NCBI GenBank assembly: GCA_030692925.1
Contig: JAUYBY010000101.1
Coordinates: 3,663 to 67,662, forward strand
DNA from: Candidatus Zixiibacteriota bacterium
Lineage (GTDB): Bacteria; Zixibacteria; MSB-5A5; RBG-16-43-9
DNA length: 64,000 nt
Direction of reading: 5' to 3'
Shown piece after piece: positions 19,880 through 29,990 of the stretch (position 1 is its first letter; every line of letters begins with the position of its first letter). The position numbers were made by a program, and so were the translations under genes. Under the pieces are notes generated by a model. That model was not told where the DNA came from, made no database searches, and was given only the letters and a program-made list of their open reading frames with translations.

Positions 19880-20914
19880 CTAAAGGTTCGCACTCCAAAC
19901 TTTCGCCACTCCCTCAAAAACCTCCGCCGCCGTAATCTCTTTCATACATCTGAAATGCTTTTCCGGACATTTTTTTCTTCCGTGAATGCCGCAGGGCCGG
20001 CAGTAAAGTTTTTTCTGAATAACCACGTCATTTTTACCAGTGGGCGCAAAACCGAACTCCGGAATGGTTGATCCGAAAATGGCCACTACTGGGACCCTCA
20101 TCGCCACCGCTATGTGCATAGGTGCGGTATCATTGGATAAGATTACATGGCATCTGGAAATCAAAGCTGCAGACTGCAGAGGTGAGGTTTTGCCTGCAGC
20201 TATCAAAGGTTTACTTTTCATATTACTGGCAATCTCCAGACAGAGCTTTTCATCTTCCTTTCCACCAGTGAAGATGACTTTTACGCCCAGTTTTTCAATC
20301 AGAGATTCTGCCACCTCACCAAATCTTTCAGGCAGCCATCTTTTGGTATTCCAGACCGAGCCAGGTGCTATACCTACTATTTTATCTTCTTTCTTGACAT
20401 CCCAGCTTATAAAAAGCTCTTCTATATATTTAAAATCATCCTCAGATGGAAAAAGCTCAGGCAAACAGTCGTTTTCTGGGGGCATATCTGTTTCCAGAAG
20501 AGAAAGATTCCTTTTAGACTCTGGCTGGTTCTGAATATATTTTATCTTTTGAGTAAAAAGAAAAGCTCCAGAGCTTTTATCAAAACCTATTCTCTGCGGA
20601 ATTCTCGCAAGATAAGCTAAGAGAGCGCTACGAAAAGAACGGTGAGGAATAAAAGCCAGATCAAAACCTGAGGCTCTAATTTTTTTCGCCAGGGCAAGGA
20701 AACTGGAAACTCCCTTCTCTTTGTTCTTTTTATCATAGACAATGACCCCGTCTAGATCTGGATTATTCTGCAAAAGCTCCTTCGTCTGCGGAATGAGCAG
20801 GAAAAAGATTTTCGAGTGCGGATATTTTCTTTTTACCGCCTTTATTAAAGGGGTAGTCAGAACCACATCTCCTAAAAAAGCGGTCTGGATGATAAATATT
20901 TTTTGAGGATTCAT
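19880..20914 (-). CDS. waaF: ADP-heptose:LPS heptosyltransferase (GT9)
   Basis: 344 aa; GT9 heptosyltransferase architecture, AFLGDVVLTTPL N-terminus. Confidence 0.75.
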   Translation of the reverse strand: MNPQKIFIIQTAFLGDVVLTTPLIKAVKRKYPHSKIFFLLIPQTKELLQNNPDLDGVIVYDKKNKEKGVSSFLALAKKIRASGFDLAFIPHRSFRSALLAYLARIPQRIGFDKSSGAFLFTQKIKYIQNQPESKRNLSLLETDMPPENDCLPELFPSEDDFKYIEELFISWDVKKEDKIVGIAPGSVWNTKRWLPERFGEVAESLIEKLGVKVIFTGGKEDEKLCLEIASNMKSKPLIAAGKTSPLQSAALISRCHVILSNDTAPMHIAVAMRVPVVAIFGSTIPEFGFAPTGKNDVVIQKKLYCRPCGIHGRKKCPEKHFRCMKEITAAEVFEGVAKVWSANL

Positions 20915-21043
20915 AAACTAAGCAAGAGGGCTTTTAGGAGAACCCTCAACGATCATCAGTACCAAAATCCATCCCCGTATGAAAAGAATTTTCTTCAACC
21001 AAATCCTCCTGCGACACTGAAAAGGGGTGTTGAGAAAAACACT

Positions 21044-21127
21044 GTGTCATTCTGGGGGAGTTCGTTTCTGGCGTATTGATTAATATGAAGATTCTTCGTC
21101 GCGCCCTCGGCGGACTCAGAATGACAC
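21044..21127. repeat. palindromic intergenic element, family 2 (GTCATTCTGAGG...CCTCAGAATGAC)
   Basis: inverted termini gtgtcattctg / cagaatgacac; related copies 25434-25507 and 26589-26677 share internal cgaag...cggcgga core. Confidence 0.65.
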
Positions 21128-21207
21128 TCTATTTGCATCAGTTTTTCAACAATTCCTAAAAGCGTCACTCTACGAAATCCATTCTTCAATTTTTCATTTT
21201 ACATTTG

Positions 21208-22104
21208 TCATTGTTTTACAGTGCTTTTCCATCTGCGATGAGGCCAGAACCAGTGATCCGGATATTTTCTTACATAATCCTCCAGTAGAGAGGTGTAAGC
21301 CTGAGTCAGTTTCCTGATATCCTCCTCTTTATTACTACTCTCCTGAATATAAATTGGTTCCTCTAAAATTACCCTTTGTTTTCCGTTGTTCTTTCTGATT
21401 ATAAATGCCATAATAACCGGAGCACCGGTCTTCAGGGCAAAAGCAGCCGGTCCTTTGGGAGTTGAGGCCGGATAACCAAAAAAGTCCACCACCGCCCCGT
21501 CTCTTCCTGCGTCCTGGTCCGAGAGCATTGCCACAAACCTGTTATTTCTTAATGCTTTTATCACTCCTCTGGTTGCTACTCCCATCTTGATAATTCCTAT
21601 TCCCATCAGTTGACGGTATTTGTTCATCAGATTGTCGACCAGTAAATTGTGTTGTTCTCCGACTAAGAAATCCATGGGATAACCTTTTTGCCTTGTGGCA
21701 GCACCCATCAATTCCCAGCTTCCAAAATGCCCGGCTATCAAGACTGCACCCTTTCTATCTTTCAAAGCTTTATCAAAATTCTCCAGCCCTTCAAATTCTA
21801 CTAGCTTATCCAATCTGTTCTTCAAAACCGGGAACATCGCATATTCTACAAATCCCCTGCCGATATTCCGGTAAGCTTCCCTGGCAATTTTTTTAAATTC
21901 TTTTTCAGTATAGGTCTGACCAAAAGCTCTTTTCAGATTATCTATTGCGACTTTTCTCCTTATCCTGAGCAGACTGAAAGCTAAATCTCCTAAAAAAGAG
22001 CCGATGAAAATAGCAGCATTATAAGGAAGTATCTGGACTAAAGTCCCCACTCCCCTGGTGAAAAGATATTCAATCTGGTGCCTGATTTTCCTCATGGTAG
22101 TCAT
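21208..22104 (-). CDS. lpxL: lipid A biosynthesis lauroyl/myristoyl acyltransferase (LpxL/HtrB family)
   Basis: 298 aa; HFGSWE-type acyltransferase motif (AGHFGSWE). Confidence 0.8.
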   Translation of the reverse strand: MTTMRKIRHQIEYLFTRGVGTLVQILPYNAAIFIGSFLGDLAFSLLRIRRKVAIDNLKRAFGQTYTEKEFKKIAREAYRNIGRGFVEYAMFPVLKNRLDKLVEFEGLENFDKALKDRKGAVLIAGHFGSWELMGAATRQKGYPMDFLVGEQHNLLVDNLMNKYRQLMGIGIIKMGVATRGVIKALRNNRFVAMLSDQDAGRDGAVVDFFGYPASTPKGPAAFALKTGAPVIMAFIIRKNNGKQRVILEEPIYIQESSNKEEDIRKLTQAYTSLLEDYVRKYPDHWFWPHRRWKSTVKQ

Positions 22105-22993
22105 ACTTTCCTATCTTCTCCTCGTATTCCCATCTCTTCAGGGTCTTGCGGTTATAATATCTTTTCATAAAATAAAGAAACACCAGCAAAAAGGCAAGCA
22201 CCAGCCAGAATAAAATGTTGTCCCCGAAGAAGGCTAACCAGTTATACCTTTTCTTCAAGTAGTTTACAAAACCGACCTGAAAATCGATGTAGCTTTCACC
22301 CGTGGCTTTGAGGAAGGCTAAATCCAGACCTTGACCTGAGGAGAGGTAGTTCAAGAGCTTGAAAAAACTCTCTTTTCCGTATTCGTCCAGAAAATAAGAC
22401 AAAGCCAGATAGCTTTCAGTATAGGCCAGCTCTGCCTTGCTATTACTGAAACTGTTTAGATTTTCAATCTGCTGTAAAGGGATGATCGAGTTGGTGAGGA
22501 CTGCACGGACGATTAAAATGTCCTGCCCTATCCTCCATTCCCTGGATACTAACATGGCAAACCCCTCATCCATCCAGCGTGGAGGAACTGCATTGCCTGA
22601 TTTTTTATCTAAGAAAATATGAGCCAGCTCGTGTTCCAAAACCTCTGAGAAAGGGCGATTATACCTGAATTTCGCTGGGGACTTTAAAATAATCAGATTA
22701 TGTTCTGAAATCGCCGCTCCTATCCCCCAATCTGGAAAATCCGAGCCTAATTTAGATTTGAAATCATTCTCATTCTCAGCTACATAAATGGTAACCGGAT
22801 GAGTTAATGAATCTTCTATGAAATCGGAGATCTGGTTATAGGCTTTTTTAGCTGTGACTTCTATTTCCTGTTTTAATTTGGGATTTTGAACGTATATGTC
22901 AAATTGCGGGAAAGCATAGGTTGACCCTGGAATAAGAAAAATGCAGAAAAATATCCACAGCCATTTTTTGAACGAGCTCGAATCCTCTTTCAT
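22070..22993 (-). CDS. putative peptidase MA-like zinc metalloprotease, secreted
   Basis: 307 aa; signal peptide; HELAHIF HExxH motif; C-terminal TM. Confidence 0.45.
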   Translation of the reverse strand: MKEDSSSFKKWLWIFFCIFLIPGSTYAFPQFDIYVQNPKLKQEIEVTAKKAYNQISDFIEDSLTHPVTIYVAENENDFKSKLGSDFPDWGIGAAISEHNLIILKSPAKFRYNRPFSEVLEHELAHIFLDKKSGNAVPPRWMDEGFAMLVSREWRIGQDILIVRAVLTNSIIPLQQIENLNSFSNSKAELAYTESYLALSYFLDEYGKESFFKLLNYLSSGQGLDLAFLKATGESYIDFQVGFVNYLKKRYNWLAFFGDNILFWLVLAFLLVFLYFMKRYYNRKTLKRWEYEEKIGKYDYHEENQAPD

Positions 22994-25407
22994 TTTTTGA
23001 ACAGGCCCTTCAGTAAATCCCCGGCTTTCTTCTTCAAATCCTCAGTCGCCTTATCCTTCTGCTTCTGGATTTCCTGCTGGAATTTTTTCTCTGCCCTGGC
23101 AGTGCTTATCGTAAACTTGGGACTTTTGGCATTTCCCTCTATCTTGAAATCCAGAACCATCCTTCCCTTTTCATCCTGAAAGAACTTTGTCAGATCTCCC
23201 AAATCTATACGGCTGGAAAGCTCTGGTGAAAGAACCACATTCACTGAATAATCCAAACTCCCATCCAGACCAACTGAGCCGGTTGCTTTCCAGTCTCCAC
23301 TTTGAGAAAGGGCTTCAAAATCCTCGAAATAAACTCTCCCGTTATTGACCTTAAAGGAATTTGTCAGGGTTCTTATCTTCTCTTCCTTGAACTCATTCAT
23401 CTTGAGATAGGAGGAGATTTGATTTAAAAGATCCCAGTTTACCAGCTTGCCGTCAGTAATCGTCCCAGTGCCTGAGGCAACTAAAGATTTGGTTATCTGT
23501 TCTGCACTTTGACCTTTTCCTGAGAAATCAGCAGTCATATTCAGGCTCCCGAAGAGATGGTCTTTGAAAAGGGCAAATCTGGACAAAAAGTTGTTAGCTT
23601 CGATCTTGCTCGCGCTGACCTTTATGTCGAATTTAGGGTCATTCGCATCAGTCAAATCATAAGTGGCATTCCCGCCTACCAGACCATTGTAAACGTTAGC
23701 CGCAACGTTCTGGACTTTTACGACTCTGTTCTTAATCTCTAAATTCGCCACCAGATTTTCAAGCTCGACCTGTCTGAAGATTAATTTCTTGACTTCTACC
23801 TGTCCTGAAGCATCAATATCCGGAAAAGGAGGTGCAGTTTTCACTGGCTGTTTTTCCTTTGGTTTGACCTTCTGCTCGACCGGCATTATCTCATCCAGGT
23901 CTACGAATGGCGAGTTCAATTTGAAGCTTAAGAAAGGTTTCTTCGGAACTCCTTTTACCGGGATGAGTGACTGAACTGCATTCTCAACTTTTCCATTAAG
24001 ACTCAAAGATGATTTCCCCAGACTCAGGCTCAGATTCTCGATGTTCAAAACCCCTTTGGAAAGTGAAATATCACTGTTGAGATTTTTCACCGGAACCGTG
24101 AGATTGGGAGAGGAAATCTCCACGTTCCTTAAATTGAAATTTCCGGAAAGGTCTAACTGGTCCACTTTTTTGAGCTTACCAAAGGCTTTAGCATCGATGT
24201 CGACTGAACCTGAGAGGTTTGTTCCTTCTGGCAACTTTTGCACTTCTTTCACGATTGCCAGATCGAATTTAGTTTTAAGCTCGGAGGTTAGATTCGGATC
24301 TGAGTAATTATCAATCACTGCCTTGAGTTCTAATGGAGTATCCCCTAATTTCGCATCCTGAGTGATGACGCTTAATCCCTGGTTATCAAAATCGATCTGG
24401 CCAGAAGGCAGGATGAAAGGCTGCGGGACTCTGGCAAAATCGACCCTCACATCCTTAAGAGCCACCTGACCTTTAAAGTTCGGCAAAGTTTTACCTTTAA
24501 GCTCACCTTTTAGCGAAGCAGTTACCCTCATTTTGCCGGCCCCTTTTAGCTGTGACAGAGGTGAGTTCTTATCTGCAGGAATAGAGGACAACAGGTCCTG
24601 GATCGATATATCCTTTGAGTTGAGAACCAAATCAGCTTGCGGAGTTGTTTTCAGGTCTCTTACCACGCCTTTTATCTCCAAGGATATTTTGGCCAGATCA
24701 ATTTTGATCTGTTCGACATTCAGGGAGTCACCAGGAAAGTTGAAGCTCACTTTGTGCTGGAGCATGAAAGAAAGTTCCGGGAGTTTGCTTTTGAACCCCG
24801 GTAGTTTCAGGTCAATTTTCTGGATGGAAAGTTTTCCTTCAGACCTTCCGTTCTCATACTTTTGATCCATCACCAGCTTCCCTTTTTGCTCTATTCCTCC
24901 TAAGAAGATTCTGCTGCCGTTGGACAGGTCGTCATAAGTAAAACTCCCGTTTTTTATCTGCATGTTCTCAAAAAGGATTAAAGGCAGCGGACCACCACCG
25001 CTTTTCATCAAATCAGCAATACTCAGAACCCCCTCCCTGTTTTTCTCGACGAAAATCTCCGGCTGATCCAGGATTATCTTTCTTACCTCAATCCTTTTCT
25101 TCAATAAGGGCCAGAATTTTACCCGGACGGAGAAGTTTTTGATTTTGAAAAGGTCCTTCTGCTCGTATCCCGGCAGGTTTGAAATCTCAAGCCCTTTAAT
25201 ATCCACTCCCAAACCCTTGAAGATCGAAGGAGAGATGTCTTCGATTGACACCTTGCGGTTTAAAGCTTTTTCCACCTGCGGCTGAACCATAGCTATGAGT
25301 TTTTCTTTGGTGAAGATAAGTTTCACCACCAAGGAGGTGATTATCAAAACAGCTATGATGATAGCCATAATCCAGATAAGAATTTTCCAGCCTTTTTTGA
25401 TTTTCAT
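22990..25407 (-). CDS. AsmA-family outer-membrane assembly protein
   Basis: 805 aa; single N-terminal TM then long repetitive beta-rich periplasmic domain typical of AsmA. Confidence 0.7.
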   Translation of the reverse strand: MKIKKGWKILIWIMAIIIAVLIITSLVVKLIFTKEKLIAMVQPQVEKALNRKVSIEDISPSIFKGLGVDIKGLEISNLPGYEQKDLFKIKNFSVRVKFWPLLKKRIEVRKIILDQPEIFVEKNREGVLSIADLMKSGGGPLPLILFENMQIKNGSFTYDDLSNGSRIFLGGIEQKGKLVMDQKYENGRSEGKLSIQKIDLKLPGFKSKLPELSFMLQHKVSFNFPGDSLNVEQIKIDLAKISLEIKGVVRDLKTTPQADLVLNSKDISIQDLLSSIPADKNSPLSQLKGAGKMRVTASLKGELKGKTLPNFKGQVALKDVRVDFARVPQPFILPSGQIDFDNQGLSVITQDAKLGDTPLELKAVIDNYSDPNLTSELKTKFDLAIVKEVQKLPEGTNLSGSVDIDAKAFGKLKKVDQLDLSGNFNLRNVEISSPNLTVPVKNLNSDISLSKGVLNIENLSLSLGKSSLSLNGKVENAVQSLIPVKGVPKKPFLSFKLNSPFVDLDEIMPVEQKVKPKEKQPVKTAPPFPDIDASGQVEVKKLIFRQVELENLVANLEIKNRVVKVQNVAANVYNGLVGGNATYDLTDANDPKFDIKVSASKIEANNFLSRFALFKDHLFGSLNMTADFSGKGQSAEQITKSLVASGTGTITDGKLVNWDLLNQISSYLKMNEFKEEKIRTLTNSFKVNNGRVYFEDFEALSQSGDWKATGSVGLDGSLDYSVNVVLSPELSSRIDLGDLTKFFQDEKGRMVLDFKIEGNAKSPKFTISTARAEKKFQQEIQKQKDKATEDLKKKAGDLLKGLFKK

Positions 25408-25785
25408 CTTATACCTCTTTTTTTATTCTTCACGTCATTGCGAGGAGTCCATTTGGACGACGAAGCCCATCTGGGCTTTGTCTCGCCTACGGCGGACTCG
25501 CAATGACAGAACAACTTGTTTTTCAAGGCTGAAGCCTTGCCCTATGGACTTTTTTACCAGGTGGGTCAGGCATCCTGCCTGACCAGAACAGACAAGATGT
25601 CTGTTCCACCATTTTTTGCTCCGCAATTTGCGGAGCCCTACGATTTTCTCGAACCCTTGAACCCTTTAATCCTTGAATCCTCTCTTATAGCTCGCGTAGG
25701 GGCGGAGTTCATCTCCGCCCCAAGTAGACAGGTGGAGTCAAGCTCCACCCCTACGCAACTTGAACCCTTCTATCCTTGAATCCTA

Positions 25786-26508
25786 TTACAGATTATAACC
25801 CTCTCCTATCTTAAGTATTTTCACTTTGCTCTTAGAACCTTCAAGTTTTTTAGCAAAAACCTTCGGGTCCTGTTTGATAACGTCAAAAGTATCAAAATGC
25901 ATTGGAATGACCAGCTTGGGTTTCAAAAATTCCACTGCTTTTACTGCATCCTCAACTCCCATCGTAAAGTTGTCCCCGATCGGAATTAAGGCAACATCCA
26001 GCTTATTCAATTGACCGATCAATTTCATATCCGAGAAAAGCCCGGTGTCTCCTGAATGATATACATTCTTTCCACCGAAATTGACCACAAATCCGCACGG
26101 GTTGCCAGTGTAGGTTATCTGCTCGTCAACTACGGCCGAACCATGATGGGCAATGGTCAGTTTGACTCTGCCGAAATCGAAGTTGTAGCTTCCTCCTATA
26201 TGCATCGGATGCACGTTAGCCCCTTTTTTCTGACAGTACATCGCCAACTCAAACGGAGCAATGATCAGGGCATTGTTGCTTTTAGATATGCTGATAGCAT
26301 CACCCAGGTGGTCCCCATGCCCATGCGATACAAGCACAGCCTCGACCTTTATATCCTCCGGGCTTCTTTTAGCTAATGGATTCCCGGAAAGAAACGGGTC
26401 GAAAATTATCTTATGTTTTTCATTTTCTAAGGTAAAACAAGCGTGCCCTAAATAAGTCAGTTTTGGTATATATCCTCCATTTTTTATACAAGTTTTTCTT
26501 CCTTTCAA
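25786..26508 (-). CDS. MBL-fold metal-dependent hydrolase (UPF0173)
   Basis: 240 aa; HGHGDH motif. Confidence 0.8.
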   Translation of the reverse strand: MKGRKTCIKNGGYIPKLTYLGHACFTLENEKHKIIFDPFLSGNPLAKRSPEDIKVEAVLVSHGHGDHLGDAISISKSNNALIIAPFELAMYCQKKGANVHPMHIGGSYNFDFGRVKLTIAHHGSAVVDEQITYTGNPCGFVVNFGGKNVYHSGDTGLFSDMKLIGQLNKLDVALIPIGDNFTMGVEDAVKAVEFLKPKLVIPMHFDTFDVIKQDPKVFAKKLEGSKSKVKILKIGEGYNL

Positions 26509-26760
26509 TTTAAAGACTCACTTTCCTTTGTCAAGGAAAAAGACCAGGAAGAGGCGACCCTGAAATGCGTCTTGAAAAAGCTCACCCTGTCATTCTGAGG
26601 GAGTCCCCTATGGGACGACCGAAGAATCTGCTTTTACAATCTGAGATTCTTCGCCCCCTGCGGGGTCTCAGAATGACGTAAGTCTTCAACGTTCTTTTTT
26701 GTAAAATCAGTTGACTCTTTTTCCCTGAGATTTATATTGTTATTCACTGGTAAATGAAAA

Positions 26761-27234
26761 ATGGCAGATAATCAAGATGAAAAATGGATGAGGGTGGCTT
26801 TGCAGGAGGCAAACTTAGCCCTCAAGAAAAAAGAGGTGCCAGTCGGCGCGGTGGTGGTTTATCAGGACAAGGTCATTGGCAGAGGACATAACCAAACCGA
26901 AACGCTGAACGATCCCACTGCTCATGCCGAAATCTTAGCTATTGGAGCAGCAGCCAATTATTTGAACTCCTGGCGACTTTCAGAAGCAGTCTTATACGTG
27001 ACCCTGGAACCTTGTGCAATGTGTGCCGGAGCAATAGTGCTGGCAAGAATGAAAAAGTTAGTCTTCGGAGCTTTTGACCCTAAAGCCGGAGCGTGCGGTT
27101 CACTCTATAATCTTGTCCAGGACAAAAGACTCAACCATCAGGTTGAGGTCACACCTGATGTTTTAAAAGAGGATTGTTCATCATTACTTCAGACTTTTTT
27201 CAAAGAGCTAAGAGAGGTCAGGAATGAGTCATAG
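26761..27234 (+). CDS. tadA: tRNA-specific adenosine deaminase
   Basis: 157 aa; HAE...PCxxC deaminase zinc motifs (HAEILAI, CAMCAGAI). Confidence 0.9.
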   Translation: MADNQDEKWMRVALQEANLALKKKEVPVGAVVVYQDKVIGRGHNQTETLNDPTAHAEILAIGAAANYLNSWRLSEAVLYVTLEPCAMCAGAIVLARMKKLVFGAFDPKAGACGSLYNLVQDKRLNHQVEVTPDVLKEDCSSLLQTFFKELREVRNES

Positions 27235-27706
27235 CTGGAATGAATCTCTTGAAAAGATGCATACGAAGATTCTACAATTAGGGATGGTCCTGGACATCTT
27301 TTTACCAGTTGTCATATTCTTTTCAGCCATTTATCTCCGGGATAGATTCGTTTCCATAAAGAGTCCGATGGATCTAAACATGATATTCTATGTTTTACTT
27401 GCCCTTAGCGCAGCAGAAGCTATAACTATATTTATCCTTAAAACTAAATCCTGGAGACCTTATATTAAGAGAAAATTCCAGGAAAATCCTCAGCTCACAA
27501 TAGAAAAGGGTCTCTTTGGATTCGGAACAATTATCTATGGGCTTTGTTTTTCGCCCACGATCTACGGACTGGTCTATTATATCTTAGGCGGAACCTGGGA
27601 GCATTTTGCTCTGTTCGTGGCGATAACTTTTCTCTTTTTTCAGTTGTTCAAACCCAAAATGGAGGAACTTGAAAAGTTGAATAAAGAATTTAACACGAGC
27701 GATTAA
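27224..27706 (+). CDS. hypothetical membrane protein
   Basis: 160 aa; 4 predicted TM helices. Confidence 0.4.
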   Translation: MSHSWNESLEKMHTKILQLGMVLDIFLPVVIFFSAIYLRDRFVSIKSPMDLNMIFYVLLALSAAEAITIFILKTKSWRPYIKRKFQENPQLTIEKGLFGFGTIIYGLCFSPTIYGLVYYILGGTWEHFALFVAITFLFFQLFKPKMEELEKLNKEFNTSD

Positions 27707-27780
27707 TGTTTTTGATTTGATTTTGTTGTTTTTTTGTTCTTTTACAAACTCCAAACTCACAAACGAACAAACTGTATTCC

Positions 27781-27878
<98 letters not shown>

Positions 27879-27888
27879 AAGATTTTAC

Positions 27889-27917
27889 TTGACAAGAAGT
27901 TATAAGATAGCTATATT
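27889..27917 (+). promoter_or_regulatory. sigma-70-like promoter for integrase (TTGACA-17-TATATT)
   Basis: TTGACA 27889-27894 and TATATT 27912-27917; followed by dyad-like repeat ttgtgccagatttgtgccac (27921-27940). Confidence 0.5.
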
Positions 27918-27958
27918 AGGTTGTGCCAGATTTGTGCCACAATTTTTGAGGCTATCTT

Positions 27959-29074
27959 ATGGGAAGAATATATCAGAGAGGCGACATTTACTACATTGAC
28001 TATTCTGTCAATGGCCTCAGGATAAGGAAGAAAATAAGCAAATCCAAGCGGGTTGCTGAGCTTGCGCTGAAGGATGTTGAAGTAAAACTCGCCAAAGGTG
28101 AAATAGGGATAGTGGAAAATGATTACGCTATCCCTGATTTTTTTCAGGAATATCTGGTCTTCTCTAAGACCAACCATTCAGATAAAACCTTTTTGAGATA
28201 CCGAGTCATAATAGATCATTTCCTTCACTTCTTGGAGAGACATCCTCGGATACACCATCTCTCAGATTTAAACCCTAAGCTGTTTGAAGACTACAAGACC
28301 TGGAGGAGAACCAAACACGTTATGCCCAATGGACAGCCTGTGTTTGAAGGAGAACCAGTGCCAAAAACAGCCAGACTTGGTGCCAAGGCAAACACCATCA
28401 ATATGGAGTTGGGGACCCTGCGGACCATCATGAATCAGGCAATCAAATGGGGATACCTGAAGGAAAACCCCACCAGAGGTGTAAGTATGCTCAAGGTCAA
28501 TGATTCCAAAAAGCCCAGGTTTCTAACCGAGCAGGAGTGCAAGAAGCTTCTGGACGAGTGTGGTGCGGAGCTTCATCCTATATTTTACACCTTCCTCAAT
28601 ACCGGGATGAGATTGTCTGAGCTGATAAACTTGACCTGGGATGACATAGATTTCATGAGGAAGAAGATAAAGATCCAGACAAAATCCTTCTGGCATCCGA
28701 AGACTGGTGAGCGGGAAATACCTATGAACAAGGGGATGGAGGAGCTTTTAACCGGTCTGCAGAAAAGGAAGAAGAAAGCCAGCCAGTTTGTGTTTCATCT
28801 CAAGAACGGTCCAAAGATCCCGGATAACTATCTAAGGAAGAAGTTGATTGTCATTGCCAAAAGATGTGGCTTTTCCGATGTAACCAAGATTCACTCTTTA
28901 AGACACACCTTTGCCAGTCATCTGATAATGAAAGGGGTTGACCTTCCCACCGTTCAAAAGCTAATGGGTCACTCTGATATTCAAACCACTATGATCTATT
29001 CACACTTATCACCTGACCATCTCGTAGCTGCGGTTGATAAGCTTTCTTTCTTATCCGGTGATGAAGAAGATTAG
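27959..29074 (+). CDS. int: tyrosine-type integrase (phage integrase family), island integrase at tRNA-Ser
   Basis: 371 aa; R...HxLRH...Y catalytic region (HSLRHTFASHL...IYSHL); begins 89 bp after tRNA 3-prime end. Confidence 0.9.
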   Translation: MGRIYQRGDIYYIDYSVNGLRIRKKISKSKRVAELALKDVEVKLAKGEIGIVENDYAIPDFFQEYLVFSKTNHSDKTFLRYRVIIDHFLHFLERHPRIHHLSDLNPKLFEDYKTWRRTKHVMPNGQPVFEGEPVPKTARLGAKANTINMELGTLRTIMNQAIKWGYLKENPTRGVSMLKVNDSKKPRFLTEQECKKLLDECGAELHPIFYTFLNTGMRLSELINLTWDDIDFMRKKIKIQTKSFWHPKTGEREIPMNKGMEELLTGLQKRKKKASQFVFHLKNGPKIPDNYLRKKLIVIAKRCGFSDVTKIHSLRHTFASHLIMKGVDLPTVQKLMGHSDIQTTMIYSHLSPDHLVAAVDKLSFLSGDEED

Positions 29075-29267
29075 AGGATATATCTTTCACAGTTCTTGCC
29101 TTAACTTCCTTTTCAGACAGCCATTTTAGAATAGTCTCTCGGTTAAAACGCACATGCCTACCTATCTTTATATGCGGGATATATTCAATATGCGTCCAGT
29201 AATAGATAGTAGATACTGGAACTGACAGCAGTTGGTTTAATTCCTGTGGAGTTAAAAGCTTTTCCAT
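28989..29267 (-). CDS. excisionase/AlpA-like HTH DNA-binding protein
   Basis: 92 aa; HTH_17-like LSVPVSTIYYWTH...GRHVRF. Confidence 0.55.
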   Translation of the reverse strand: MEKLLTPQELNQLLSVPVSTIYYWTHIEYIPHIKIGRHVRFNRETILKWLSEKEVKARTVKDISSNLLHHRIRKKAYQPQLRDGQVISVNRS

Positions 29268-29332
29268 ATTTATGATCTTATCTTCAAGCCTTGGTTGACC
29301 AAGGCATAACTCGATTCATATTCTTAAGTTGT

Positions 29333-29560
29333 TCACTTTTCTTTAGATAATTTCTCAATCTCTTTTCTATTGAACATCACTTTTCTGCTTCCAAGCTTTA
29401 CTAAGGGAACTCGTTTCTGAGATACCCAACTGTCGATGGTATAAATACTGATATTAAGGTGCTCAGCTAGCTGTCGTTTATTAAAAAATCGACATCCTGG
29501 TTTTACCGTAGTTGCCTCATTTGAAGGGTATCTCATTCTGTCCTCAATCCTGTTCGCCAC
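29333..29560 (-). CDS. excisionase-like HTH DNA-binding protein
   Basis: 75 aa; LAEHLNISIYTIDSWVSQKRVP...GSRKVMF HTH_17 pattern. Confidence 0.55.
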   Translation of the reverse strand: MANRIEDRMRYPSNEATTVKPGCRFFNKRQLAEHLNISIYTIDSWVSQKRVPLVKLGSRKVMFNRKEIEKLSKEK

Positions 29561-29633
29561 ATCAATTCAAATATGGTATTGTCAACCATCACGTCCAAGA
29601 TCGTTATTGCTGTGCTTCCGCCAATTCGATTTT

Positions 29634-29945
29634 TCACGAACTCAGCTCCAGATTTTTTGACTTTGTCTTCATCTCAATCAACTTATCATCCTTACCATTT
29701 TCTTTCGAAAAAACCTTGCTGAGTTCATCTTTTCTGTGAAAGCTTGCCCTTTTATTGCCAATCCCTGACCTCCTCGGGTTATGACCGAACCGGTAAGGAA
29801 AAAGAGAACAATCTGTGTCCTCGCACTTTCTCACTTCAGCACAGGAATTGTTACAGCAATCAAGGCACTTTTCCCGGATGGCTTTTAATGGTGGCAGTTC
29901 TTTATTATTCATTTTTCCTCCTAGGATATGTCTGTTTCTGTCCAA
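29634..29945 (-). CDS. Cys-rich hypothetical protein
   Basis: 103 aa; multiple CxxC-like pairs (LDCCNNSCAEVRKCEDTDC). Confidence 0.3.
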   Translation of the reverse strand: MDRNRHILGGKMNNKELPPLKAIREKCLDCCNNSCAEVRKCEDTDCSLFPYRFGHNPRRSGIGNKRASFHRKDELSKVFSKENGKDDKLIEMKTKSKNLELSS

Positions 29946-29990
29946 GAATGACCTTCACGCGGAAGATGTTCTTGTAACAAACCAATTGAG

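Noticed and set aside
19815-19898. First 28 codons of the PfkB kinase ORF
   Set aside because: They overlap a family-1 palindromic repeat; an internal Met (MRPIKLAV) gives a standard ribokinase-like start.
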